Shown here: in pieces, positions 1 through 10,127 of the stretch
Numbering within the stretch: position 1 is the stretch's first letter
Layout of the letters: each line of letters begins with the position of its first letter
Assembly: GCA_965262115.1 (NCBI GenBank)
Contig: OZ253496.1
Coordinates: 1,152,001-1,216,000, forward strand
Length of the DNA: 64,000 nt
Source of the DNA: Nitrospinales bacterium
Lineage (GTDB): Bacteria; Nitrospinota; Nitrospinia; Nitrospinales; VA-1
Direction: 5' to 3'
The notes under the pieces: generated by a model
The model's database searches: none
What the model was told of the DNA's origin: nothing
The model's input: only the letters and a program-made list of their open reading frames with translations
Program-made: the position numbers and the translations under genes

Positions 1-2
1 GT

Positions 3-995
3 CTGAATCCGCCAGCACTGAAACTCACTTTAGAAAATGAAAAAGGTGAGGCCCACACACTTTCTCTAGGCAACCCCCGGGAAGGAAAAGGCTATTTCGG
101 CAAAATCAATGATTCTCAAAATATCGTATTGGCAGACACCCGGCTTTTTGAAACACTTTCCCAAAAAACCGTGGAGTTTCTTGATAAAACATTGCTGGCG
201 TTTGATGAAAAAGAAATTCTTGAACTGTCACTGCAATCCGAAAATGAAACCATCCGCGTGGTTCGTGGCGAAAGCGATGGTTGGGACATTCAAAGCCCAA
301 TAAAAACCACCGCCGACCTGTTCACCGTTAACAGCCTGCTTTTTGATCTCAAAGAAACCCAGATCAGCACATTCATAAAAATCTCTCTAGAGACCCCCGA
401 ATCGTTTGGCTTGGACACTTCCCGAAAATCTTTTAGCCTGAAAATGAAAGACTCAAAAATATGGACCCTGCAATTGGGCAATCAATCCACCAATGGCCAA
501 CAGGTATTCGCCCAACGAACCGGCGAGCCAACCGTATTTTCAATTTCCAAAGAAGTGGTCGATAAATTATTTCGCAGTCTTCACGATTTAAGAAATAAAA
601 AACTACTGAAATTCGAAAGTGCCGAAGTGAATAAAATTTTGATCCAAACCCCTGAAAGCCTCTTTGAGTTGAGAAAAAGTGGACCCCAATGGAATCTCGA
701 GAAACCCGAAAAAATTAAGACCGAGCATATCGGCAACGATCTGATCTGGATCCTGAAAGGGTTGGAGTTTAGCTCTATTATCACCCCACCCCTGTCCGCC
801 AATCTCTCAGGGCTGGACTCGCCCTTATTCACCATCCGCCTTTTCAAGCATAACGAGGTTGCCGCCTTAAAGGTCGGCAAACTTTTTGAGCCAGAGCAGG
901 AATATCTCGTTGAAACTGGAAACCGGCAATATCGGGTTAAAAATAAATTCCTCGACACCATCCCCTTGAACCTGGACAAATTCAAGCTTAAATAG
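3..995 (+). CDS. DUF4340-like protein, 5' partial
   Basis: Frame open from window start; repeated 'P-x-x-FGL..P...' units typical of DUF4340. Confidence 0.7.
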   Translation: MNPPALKLTLENEKGEAHTLSLGNPREGKGYFGKINDSQNIVLADTRLFETLSQKTVEFLDKTLLAFDEKEILELSLQSENETIRVVRGESDGWDIQSPIKTTADLFTVNSLLFDLKETQISTFIKISLETPESFGLDTSRKSFSLKMKDSKIWTLQLGNQSTNGQQVFAQRTGEPTVFSISKEVVDKLFRSLHDLRNKKLLKFESAEVNKILIQTPESLFELRKSGPQWNLEKPEKIKTEHIGNDLIWILKGLEFSSIITPPLSANLSGLDSPLFTIRLFKHNEVAALKVGKLFEPEQEYLVETGNRQYRVKNKFLDTIPLNLDKFKLK

Positions 996-1040
996 ACATT
1001 TTTTGAACAATGTGAACCAGAAAAGATCTGGTTTATAGCC

Positions 1041-1241
1041 CCACACTATATTGTATATTATTATCTAAACCATACATTATATGGTGGCCAATGAACCAAA
1101 CGCCCAAAAACCGGTTTTTTTTCACCAAATAAACATATGTAAACAAATGACTTGTGCGTTTTTTGGCAATTTTTTTCAAATTAATGCTTGACAGGTACTA
1201 TATGTAGTGGTACTTTTTCGGAAGCATACAATATAAAGGAA
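1041..1241 (+). promoter_or_regulatory. Sigma70 promoter with two tandem pairs of NrdR-like boxes
   Basis: TTGACA 1188-1193, N17, TACTTT 1211-1216; cores CACTATATTG 1044, CATTATATGG 1075, CTATATGTAG 1198, CAATATAAAG 1229 (31 bp spacing within each pair). Confidence 0.75.
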
Positions 1242-1694
1242 CTGCTTATTAGGTTTTGGCACTGCAAAAGGTGCCTGATCGGGTTCCGAGTCCGGTTTTC
1301 CCGGAAGAAAGATGAATTGAGAGTTGTTACAGATCTTCCAACGGTGGGTTACTAGAAAAGCGGGTTCCATAGCAATGAATGAGATGCATCCCAAATTTGA
1401 TTTTTTGAAAACAACCAGCTGGATGCGTGCCAGTCTCAAACCCCTTCCCAAACCCCCAAATGTATTGAGCGCCAGCCGAATCCTCCGTTCAGTCTCGGTA
1501 GATGAATTCCATCCAATTGGCGTAGTATGGAACCTCTTTTTAACGCCGGGTTTAGCCCGGAAAAATAGTAACCCGCCTCCTTTCTTTAAAAGGACGCGCC
1601 CCGCCTTTTCGTGAGTTTGCAGGTATTGATAGTATTTGCCTCCATGTCAAGGACGGTTGATTGAAGGATCTATTCTAAGATTTAAGATTTCACT

Positions 1695-1733
1695 CGGGAA
1701 AGGCGGGGCGTTAACCCTCTTTCCCGTTTTTTT
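1695..1733 (+). terminator. Intrinsic terminator with possible antiterminator at 1597-1616
   Basis: CGGGAAAG...CTTTCCCG followed by T7. Confidence 0.65.
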
Positions 1734-1798
1734 GCCTTGGGTTAATTTTAATCGCTTTCCTCCCCCCGCTTGTTTATAATCCTTTCCGAAAACCAATT

Positions 1799-2263
1799 AT
1801 GGAAACCATTGTGAACAAAACCGACCAGGTCCCCGTCCCCTGCAAGGGTGAATATCTTCCCCAGTATGCGCACAAAGGCGATGCCGGTGCTGACTTGCAA
1901 GCTGTAGAAACCCGGGTCATTGCTCCCCGAGGTCGGGAGCTGATTGCTACGGGAACCCGACTAGAGCTCCCGGAAGGTTATGCCGGTCTGATCTGGCCGC
2001 GCAGCGGACCTGCGGTTAAGCTGGGGCTCGATTGCGGTGCCGGAGTGATTGACTCACATTATCGAGGCGAGATAAAAGTTCTTCTCTTCAACCATTCCAA
2101 TGATGAAATCCGTATCCAGTCGGGAGACCGTATCGCCCAGTTGATCATCCAAAAAGTAGAAACGGTTAAGTTCATACTGAGCGACCATTTGAGTGAAACG
2201 GCCCGAAACACTGCGGGTTTTGGATCAACGGGAGATCTGCCTGTTGCGAATTCCGGTCAATAA
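1799..2263 (+). CDS. dut: dUTPase
   Basis: Motifs AGADL, PRSG, GVIDSHYRGE, GDRIAQ, RNTAGFGSTG. Confidence 0.95.
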   Translation: METIVNKTDQVPVPCKGEYLPQYAHKGDAGADLQAVETRVIAPRGRELIATGTRLELPEGYAGLIWPRSGPAVKLGLDCGAGVIDSHYRGEIKVLLFNHSNDEIRIQSGDRIAQLIIQKVETVKFILSDHLSETARNTAGFGSTGDLPVANSGQ

Positions 2264-2570
2264 TTCCACCCTTCAGCTTGAACAGGGGGATATCACCAAA
2301 GCTCTGCCGATGCCATCGTTAATGCCGCAATCAAAAGTCCACATACGGCGCATGGAAGAAAAAGAACTAAAGTCTATAGCCTTTCCCGCTATCAGCACCG
2401 GCATATTCGGATTTCCGCTTGAACTTGCGACAGAGACCCTCCTCAAAACAGTCCGGCAATACCTTTCCCGGAAAACCGGAATTCAAACTGTGATATTTAT
2501 CCTGTTCGACATAGAAACCTTCAATGTTTTCAAAGGCAGGCTGACTTTTCTTGAAAAAGGGGAAATCTGA
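2244..2570 (+). pseudogene. Macro domain (YmdB-like) pseudogene
   Basis: QGDITK, then SADAIVNAA in a shifted frame (2303); central part missing; SIAFPAISTGIFGFP retained. Confidence 0.8.
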
Positions 2571-2640
2571 TTGACCCCATGACCATGAAATCAGATATAA
2601 TAAGGAATGTACTTCCAAACATTATTTTTGTGAGCATCGC

Positions 2641-3321
2641 ATGGGATTACTAGCCTGGATACAAAAACAATTTGGCATTCCAATGAATGAAGAAAACGAA
2701 AGCATCCGGGAATCTACGCCTGCAAAAGAAGGGCAGTTCAGGGTGCTTCGCATACAGCCAACTCCCAACCCGGACGCCTTTCAGTTTATTATAAACGGCA
2801 AGGTCATTGAGGCTGGCACGAAAACTTTCGACTCTCCCGATGATGTCGGGGATGACCCAATGGCCAAAACCTTGTTTGATATTTTCGGAATACAAAGTAT
2901 TTATATCAAAGAAAACTTTGTCACCGTTACCAAGTCCAATGCCGTGGGGTGGCACACGATCATGGAAAAAATCGGCACCGCAATAGAAGCCCATTTGCAC
3001 TATTACGAAAAAGGCGATGACGCAAAAGAGGATCAAGACGTTCATCCGGTATTGGAAGATTTCAACAAGGAAGATTTTTTCAATTACAACGACGATCGAA
3101 AGGCCGAGGTGATCAACGCCCTGCTGGATGTAGCCATTCGCCCTGCTCTGGCAAATGATGGTGGGGGCATCAATCTGCTATCGGTGGAAGATAAGACCAT
3201 TAAAGTTCACTATCAGGGAGCCTGCGGCAGTTGCCCCAGCTCAACCACCGGAACCCTGCAATACATCGAACAATTCCTGAAAGAAGCCATTCACCCCGAT
3301 GTCGAAGTCGAGGCAAGCTGA
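2641..3321 (+). CDS. NifU/Nfu-family Fe-S carrier (Nfu_N + NifU domain)
   Basis: PTPNPDA N-domain; IRPALANDGG and GACGSCPSS. Confidence 0.9.
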   Translation: MGLLAWIQKQFGIPMNEENESIRESTPAKEGQFRVLRIQPTPNPDAFQFIINGKVIEAGTKTFDSPDDVGDDPMAKTLFDIFGIQSIYIKENFVTVTKSNAVGWHTIMEKIGTAIEAHLHYYEKGDDAKEDQDVHPVLEDFNKEDFFNYNDDRKAEVINALLDVAIRPALANDGGGINLLSVEDKTIKVHYQGACGSCPSSTTGTLQYIEQFLKEAIHPDVEVEAS

Positions 3322-3426
3322 CCGGCCTACCCGGCACTTCGGATTCCTTCGCGGCTCACTCTTCGCCAGAGAAGCAACCACTGTATCTTTCAACCGCAGA
3401 CAATATTCTTTGAGCACAATCTGGTT

Positions 3427-3451
3427 GGTTCTATTCCCCCACGGCTTACCA
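3427..3451 (+). other. Degenerate tRNA 3'-end fragment (possible att remnant)
   Basis: GGTTCTATTCCCCCACGGCTTACCA resembles T-arm + acceptor strand + CCA; no 5' half present. Confidence 0.45.
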
Positions 3452-3692
3452 AATATATCAAGGGGTCGTATCTTTAGGGCACGGTCTCTTTTTCTTTGCG
3501 CAGGCCCTATGCGGACAAATTATTTAAAGCAGGAACGTTATTCATTCATCTTCGTATTCATCCATTTTATCAAAGTCTCAATGCTCTTGTACTTTCCTCA
3601 TTAAACTGGTAGAATCCGATAAGGGAGTAAACTAAGAATTGTTAAAATGGTACTCAAGTTTTACTAATCTTGTCATAGCCTCAGGAGGAAAG

Positions 3693-4607
3693 ATGCGAAA
3701 TAGAACGTGTCGGAAATTAGTATGCCTTATGGCTGGGATGGCCTTCCTGCTTATTTCCGGTCAAGCATTGGCTAAGGATGGGTGGTACATGGCGATGGAC
3801 TTGGGCGTGGCTGTCGAGCCGGGTCTGGACACTCGCACCTCAGATAATGATTTCCCGACCCTATGTGATCAATTTATCGATCCAAATGCAGTTTGCACTA
3901 CTCTTTCTAATGAGAAATGGACGAACAAGTTTGACGGGGGCACCGGGGTCTTGGCGGGGTTGGCTCTGGGGTATCGCTGGCGGAACTTCAGAATCGAGGG
4001 GGAATATTTCTATCGCAACGCGACCCATGATAACGCGAGCGAGCCGAGCTTCGGCGGTGTGAACCTAAAGACTTTAGAGGAAATTAGTGAATCCGAAGAG
4101 GCGATTGATGACGTGTTATCGCACAACTTCTTCACCAACCTGTACTACGATTTCACCTCAGACTCAAAGTGGACACCGTATCTGGGGGTTGGTGTGGGCT
4201 TTGCGCAGGTCTCGCTTGATTACTTTAGCCGCTTTACACGGTCGAGCGACCCCGGCGATATTAGCACATTCGACAATGTAGGAGGAATTAGCAACGCCGA
4301 CCGCGATGCTCTGAATGGGCGCCTGGCCGGCACGACCACCATCGGCAGGAGTAAGCTCTCGGATACGTTGTTCGGATATCAAGCGATTGCCGGCGTCGAT
4401 TATCGGATCAGTGAACCGGTTACCATCGGTCTCAAGTTCCGGTGGGTGGATTTCGGAGAGTTCGAGGATGACGATGAGTATAGACAGCTCCGCAGTCACG
4501 ATTCCACCAATTCTCCCGATCCTGGCAGTGCTCGTGTGCGATACCAGGTCGCGACGGACGACATCGAATTCTGGGGTTTGAGCCTCAACATGAAGTATCA
4601 TTTCTAA
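3693..4607 (+). CDS. Outer-membrane beta-barrel protein (OmpA-TM/Opa/Msp2-like)
   Basis: GGAGG RBS, signal peptide, YYDF..W.PYLGVGVG, YQAIAGVDY, C-terminal YHF. Confidence 0.8.
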   Translation: MRNRTCRKLVCLMAGMAFLLISGQALAKDGWYMAMDLGVAVEPGLDTRTSDNDFPTLCDQFIDPNAVCTTLSNEKWTNKFDGGTGVLAGLALGYRWRNFRIEGEYFYRNATHDNASEPSFGGVNLKTLEEISESEEAIDDVLSHNFFTNLYYDFTSDSKWTPYLGVGVGFAQVSLDYFSRFTRSSDPGDISTFDNVGGISNADRDALNGRLAGTTTIGRSKLSDTLFGYQAIAGVDYRISEPVTIGLKFRWVDFGEFEDDDEYRQLRSHDSTNSPDPGSARVRYQVATDDIEFWGLSLNMKYHF

Positions 4608-4866
4608 GTCGGGTGGACCTTGCGGTCCCTGCTGGTCAAAAAGTATTTGATGCCGTTATCTTTGCATCTCAGGTCACCGTGTGGGGCGCCATTGACTCTG
4701 TGGCTAGTGCAGGACAAACAATGCAGGTGACCCCAGGCAAAACTCCCGTCGGCCAACTTCTTTGGCCGCTCGCGTGATGGATCGAGGATGTAAATGATGG
4801 CGGCCTGGAGAATGTTTTAGATGAAATGCCTGGCCCTGGCGTACCACACAACCCCCTGTAATAAAA

Positions 4867-6528
4867 TCAGCGGAATTCTTCCGCCTGGTAGCGGAGAAGG
4901 GTGATTTCCTGAATCTGTTCAAAATGACTTTCGTCTCCAGACAAAACCACATTTTTATTAGTTCTCAAGTAATAAAAATTTTCCACCAACCACCTTGATT
5001 TAATAATACGAGGAACCAGTTTAAACCACAAAATATTTATCGAAGCTCTGTCGGTACTCACATTCATTTCGACCCCGATGCGGCTGCCATTTTCTAAAGT
5101 TAATTTGATTTGAGACAGATCGTCTCGAGTTAGAAATTGTTTTACTTTTTCGGATTGGTTTTTTAGCTTCAAAACCAAAGGTTCTACTTTCCCCACAAAA
5201 ACAGGCGGAAGACTTTCAGGCGGGGGAATAAACTTTGACCATACCAGTGGGCCAGGATAAAAAATCAGCACATTCCCACTTTCCAAATGATGGGAATGTT
5301 CATCCGGTCGATAATTCCTTTAACTTCGCAATAATCTGCGAAGGAATTAAATTGCTGTAAAAGCCACTCATTAAAAATCGCACCTCCCCAACCAGGTTCA
5401 TAACAGGCCAAACAAGAAGTGCCATTAAAATAATATTTCTCAGAGCAGAAAAATAACTTTTACCCGCCATGCGTTTTTGTGTCCAATTATATATATTGTT
5501 AATCGCATAGAGACCGAAAAAATAACAGGCCGACATGACCTGGAAAAGGTAACGGATCTGATAATCCCAATTGACAAAAGTAATAAATGCCAGAAACCCC
5601 ACAAACCAGCCCCATACAACCATGCCTTTCCATTCCATGCCCTTGAAGCAAGAACAAAGTCCAAGAACCATCAGCATAAACCATGATGTATTTCCAGAAA
5701 TGAAAAATTCGCCAGGAAATCAAATTCGAGCAATACACGGGTTTCGTAATCAAGGCGAAGAAAAAAAGGAGCGTAGGCCATTGACAAATCTTTCCAGGTC
5801 CATCCATATTTAGGAGCAAAAGATATCAGGCTTGCCAGCAAATAAAACCCAACAGATATCAAAGCGACTAAATATATAGATTTGCTTTTAAAAACATCTG
5901 CCCATCTCATTTTTTCATGGGTCCTTAAAACCAGCACCTCCGCCAAGCTAATTATCAACGGAAACACAACAAGACTGTATTTTATGGTCATGCCTAGCCC
6001 ACTGAGCAAACAAACCAATATGAAGTTTTTTCAGCAGGGATTTTTGCGGTAGCAGAAATAGGATCGCATTGCCAGCACCAGCATCAGGGAACAGGGCATA
6101 TCCACCATCGGCTCAAAAGAATAAACCAGAAAACCAGGCTGGATCAGCAGCAGCAAAGCCCCAAGGGCCGCCAACTCCCGAGGAAATAAAGATTTCAGAA
6201 GCAGATAACTTGAGCCAATAAATACAAAAGAAATTATCAGGGCAATAAAATGCGCCGTTTTGATAACCGCCTGGGGGGAGACTCCCAAATATTGCAAAGC
6301 TGCTACGGGAGTTAGCAAAAACGAGTATAAAGGAGGACGGGTATTTAATTCCGGTTCTTCATAATGGGAGAAGCCAGCATTATAATTGGCCATCCCTAGA
6401 TAGGAATAACTATCGTAATTGCTGATTTCTAATTTCATGATGAAAGCCACCATGAACAGGAAAAGTCCCGCAAAAGCCAGCTTGAATAAAATCGAAACGG
6501 GTTTATCCTTCCAACGGCTCAATTCCAT
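4867..6528 (-). pseudogene. Fragmented GT-C/PMT-like membrane glycosyltransferase
   Basis: Four consecutive AT-rich hydrophobic ORF pieces (6031-6528, 5671-6018, 5300-5677, 4867-5286); YDSYSY, RPPLYS and KY motifs. Confidence 0.6.
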
Positions 6529-6761
6529 ATGGTAGCTACCCCATGCACTTATTTATAAATTCAACTTTTCCGCCAAAAAAAATTCCTTTTATATTTTTAT
6601 CATCAAATTCAGCAAGGTGGGGAAATAAAGAAGAGGTTCAAGCTTGTTTAAAACCTATAAGCTGGCGGGAAACCGTCCGGTTTCTAATTAAAAACCATGG
6701 ACAGCCTTACTGGGATGACCTTGGCTTGCAGGCCGCACGAGTGAATCGATTGACTTTTAGA

Positions 6762-7910
6762 TCAATCACCCACATCTGGTGAATAAAGGTTTTTATGTTC
6801 GTTGATGGCATAGCGGTCCGTCATACCAGAGACATAGTCGCAAATCCGGCGCTCCAGGGAACCCCATTGCGAATTTTTCTGGACCGGTTCAGGAAGAAGC
6901 CCGGGCATTTTTGTATAGGCCTCAAAGATTCCTTCCAGCGTCAACTCGGCTTTAAACTCCATGCGTAAAACTTTGCGGTGGGAATACATATTTTTATGCA
7001 GGAACTGTTTTAACTCTTTATTTTTTTCAGCGACCTCTTTTCCAAACGCCGCAATACGAATGGGTGCATGACGCACATCATCCACCTTGCCGACCTGGTA
7101 ATGTTCAAGGTTCTTCAACGTAGCCTGGCGAAAGTCGCTGACAAGATCGTTGATGATGCATCGAACCACCTGGTATTTTTTCAGCCTGAAGTCCAGCCCC
7201 GTATATTTCTCGTCGAACCTTTTTTCATTCTCTTGCCAGAGCGCCACTTTCCTTAGCTGATCGAGATCAAGCAACTGTGAAGTAATCCCGTCATCCAGAT
7301 CATGCGCATTGTAGGCAATGCCATCGGCAAAATCAGCAACCTGGGCTTCTAGAGAAGGAAAGCGAACTGCTTCATCAGAGGTGATCGGGTTCTCTTCGTC
7401 TTGAGCATGTTTGCTGATCCCCTCCATAACCTCCCAGGTCAGGTTGAGTCCATCGAACTCTGGATAACGTTTTTCAAGCAGTTTTACAATTCTCAAGCTC
7501 TGTTTGTTATGCTCAAAACCGCCATGCCCTTTCATCAACCGGTTCAATACATTCTGCCCTGTGTGTCCGAAAGGAGGATGGCCCAAGTCGTGAGACAGGG
7601 CAACCGCTTCCGCAAGGTCTTCATTAAGTTGCAGGGATTTACAAATGGAGCGCGCAATTTGCGCAACTTCAAGGGAATGGGTAAGCCGGGTCCGGTAGTA
7701 GTCGCCTTCGTGGTAGACAAAAACCTGGGTTTTATATTCCAGCCTTCTGAATGCAGAGGTGTGGATGATGCGATCGCGGTCCCTTTGAAATCGGGTGCGG
7801 TAGAGGTGCTCCTCTTCCTGATGCTGACGTCCTTCACTTTCCCCGCTTTTCATCGCGTAGGGAGCCAGGGAGCTGGTTTCAATTTTTTCCAGATCTTGCC
7901 GCTTGATCAA
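6762..7910 (-). CDS. dgt: dGTP triphosphohydrolase
   Basis: FQRDRDRI, RTRLTHSLEV, HDLGHPPFGH, DYVSGMTDRYA. Confidence 0.95.
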   Translation of the reverse strand: MIKRQDLEKIETSSLAPYAMKSGESEGRQHQEEEHLYRTRFQRDRDRIIHTSAFRRLEYKTQVFVYHEGDYYRTRLTHSLEVAQIARSICKSLQLNEDLAEAVALSHDLGHPPFGHTGQNVLNRLMKGHGGFEHNKQSLRIVKLLEKRYPEFDGLNLTWEVMEGISKHAQDEENPITSDEAVRFPSLEAQVADFADGIAYNAHDLDDGITSQLLDLDQLRKVALWQENEKRFDEKYTGLDFRLKKYQVVRCIINDLVSDFRQATLKNLEHYQVGKVDDVRHAPIRIAAFGKEVAEKNKELKQFLHKNMYSHRKVLRMEFKAELTLEGIFEAYTKMPGLLPEPVQKNSQWGSLERRICDYVSGMTDRYAINEHKNLYSPDVGD

Positions 7911-8051
7911 AATGTGACCTGAGTTCTAGCGGATTTCCTCCGCAGGCCAGCGTGACGCTGGACATAATGAAAATAGCTGCCGGCGAGCAAAAGTGATCTC
8001 GGCGCAACGAGCCATTGCTCATTACCTCCCTGTGTGAAAATCTTCCGTAGC

Positions 8052-8086
8052 TGTGATGACCTCTTAAACTTCATGCCCCGCGGGTA
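8052..8086 (+). repeat. 40-bp mini-element copy (shortened)
   Basis: TGTGATGAC...TTCATGCCCCGCGGGTA. Confidence 0.65.
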
Positions 8087-8758
8087 CTAAAGGGTCAAAT
8101 CATCGGCAAGCTGATCCCAATCTGTTTCTTCGATTTCTTCTTGGGTGATGGGGCCCAAAACCTGGAACCTCTCCATTTCGTCCGGACTCAGGACAAGTTC
8201 CTGGAAAGTAATTTCATCCCCCTCCTTAAAACCGGCTTCTATCATGGCAAGCCTTTCCTGAACTTCTTGACCCATATCGACTGTTGCATCTCCGGAACCA
8301 CCATCTTGTTGGAGCTGCAATGCCTCAAACACCTGATCAAAGTTTTGAATGATGGTATCTCCCACCTCTCCAAACTCGCTGTTGACCGACCTGAAATATT
8401 CCCGATAGAGGTCATAATGGATAAATCGGTATTGGCTGATCTTGTTCGCTTCCAGATAGTCTTCGGATGCCAGACGGTACTGGCCCTCCTTGATATAAAT
8501 CCTGCCCCGGAAAACCCGGGCAAGAAAATGACTGGGGTTTAAACTCAATACCATATTCAGGTTTAGCAAAGCTATGGCCGGTTTTTTTTCATTCATGCTG
8601 GAAAGCGCTTGGTTGAAATGCCGACGCACCTCCGGATTCTTATTTTCAAGGAAACGGAGCATGGGCTCAAAAACGGGAAAGATAAATTCCCCGAGCTTGA
8701 ATTGGGTAAGGCTAATTAAATGGCTGATTTTTTTAAGCTTCACAAAAACCCCATACAT
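8087..8758 (-). CDS. TPR-containing protein
   Basis: TPR-like helices followed by an acidic C-terminus. Confidence 0.65.
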   Translation of the reverse strand: MYGVFVKLKKISHLISLTQFKLGEFIFPVFEPMLRFLENKNPEVRRHFNQALSSMNEKKPAIALLNLNMVLSLNPSHFLARVFRGRIYIKEGQYRLASEDYLEANKISQYRFIHYDLYREYFRSVNSEFGEVGDTIIQNFDQVFEALQLQQDGGSGDATVDMGQEVQERLAMIEAGFKEGDEITFQELVLSPDEMERFQVLGPITQEEIEETDWDQLADDLTL

Positions 8759-9098
8759 TGCAAAACCTTGAGAACGTCAAAACGCCCTGGTTTTTTTAAG
8801 CCTATTCATCTTATGGATGGCTGATTCTAACCAAAATCGCGACAAGCGTCAACCTTCAAGAAAAACTGCGCAAAGCCACCAATATAATCACATAATAAAT
8901 AATGACTTCCAGAGCCCACTGGAGGTTTTTGGCTTTCCTGATGTTACCCGAAGCTCTCCTAAAAAGTAAAAAGTGAGCTTTTACCCCGAATCGGTCCGTC
9001 CTGCAGATCCCCTAGGTAAAAACGGAAAATCTTCGCCTGAAAACTTATAATCATTTATTTTTCTTGACGTTAGAGGTTTTTTGATATATTTTTCTAGT

Positions 9099-9782
9099 GT
9101 GCAATGTCCTGATTGTGGTTACATTTCATTTAAACAGGCAAAGGCTTGCAGCAGTTGTGGTTTTGATTTCAAGAAAGCCGCCGCCTCGACAGCATCTCTT
9201 TTCCGCAATGATTCTTTTACTATTTTTAGCGCCCCCGCAAAAGAAGAGGAATCATCAGGTGCACCCACTGCCCAAGCCGGGGAAGAGGTCGCCGTTGTAG
9301 ACCCGCCCGACGGTTCCCAGGAAACCCTGGAACCAGAGCCTGGAGAATTTCTTTTGAATTTACCGGATCCCGAAGAGGGTAGTTCTGATTCCCCAATAGA
9401 AGTTGGGCTGGATGAAGAACCTGTTTTAGAAATTACCCTGACCCCTGAAGAAGACATATCCACATTGAAAATCAACGGCTTAAATGATGCACCCTCCAGC
9501 GAGGACAAAGTCGATGTGGAAACGGAACCCGTGGCTCCGGTATTGGATCTTGGAGACGGCGAAATATCATTGGATCTGGACGAAGACCTCAAACCGGCAA
9601 GTCCCGCCGAGGAACCCTCTCCGCCACCGGCCCAGATTGATGAGTTAGAGATAAAGCTGGAAATTGATGATTCAGAAGGACCGCTCACTACAAAAAGCGA
9701 TGAAACCCCGGAGATTGAAATCGAAGGCTTGGGGCGTGAACTGGAAGGTTCGGACTCCCCACCTGATCCAGAAAAACCGTGA
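9099..9782 (+). CDS. Zinc-ribbon protein with acidic low-complexity tail
   Basis: CPDCG...CSSCG at the N-terminus; GTG start 6 nt after TTGACG-N17-TATTTT. Confidence 0.65.
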   Translation: MQCPDCGYISFKQAKACSSCGFDFKKAAASTASLFRNDSFTIFSAPAKEEESSGAPTAQAGEEVAVVDPPDGSQETLEPEPGEFLLNLPDPEEGSSDSPIEVGLDEEPVLEITLTPEEDISTLKINGLNDAPSSEDKVDVETEPVAPVLDLGDGEISLDLDEDLKPASPAEEPSPPPAQIDELEIKLEIDDSEGPLTTKSDETPEIEIEGLGRELEGSDSPPDPEKP

Positions 9783-10127
9783 CCCACAACCCCTCCTGAA
9801 CAGAAAAATTGGATTTTGGGACGAAATTCCTTTATAAAGTGGCATTCATGGCTAAGCATCAACCCCTGATGGGTAGGGTCTCCAGTTTGGTTTTTTTCTT
9901 CTAAATTCCAAGAACCGCGCACCCCACAGCTTACTTTTTCTCCCGGACTCTGATATTCAGGATAACCGCAATCAGTCATAAATTTGGCTGGTGGGGGGGG
10001 GGTTTCGAATGGGAAAAATAAGAAAGTGGGCAACGATTTTTTTTAGTCACAAGCAAGCATATTTTGGGGCCGGGAAAAATGGCCCCTTTAAATTTTATTG
10101 ACAACCCCAATCAGGAAAAACAACAGA

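Noticed and set aside
1324..1614. 96-aa ORF as a real gene
   Set aside because: TTG start, no recognisable motif; could be decayed sequence
1570..1735. 6S RNA or retron msr-msd
   Set aside because: No central-bubble rod recognised and no RT; a terminator/antiterminator explains the pairing better
3427..3451. Functional tRNA gene
   Set aside because: Only a mutated 3' portion; no D or anticodon arm
9119..10033. 304-aa Ser/Gly-rich minus-strand ORF
   Set aside because: Antisense shadow of the acidic low-complexity gene
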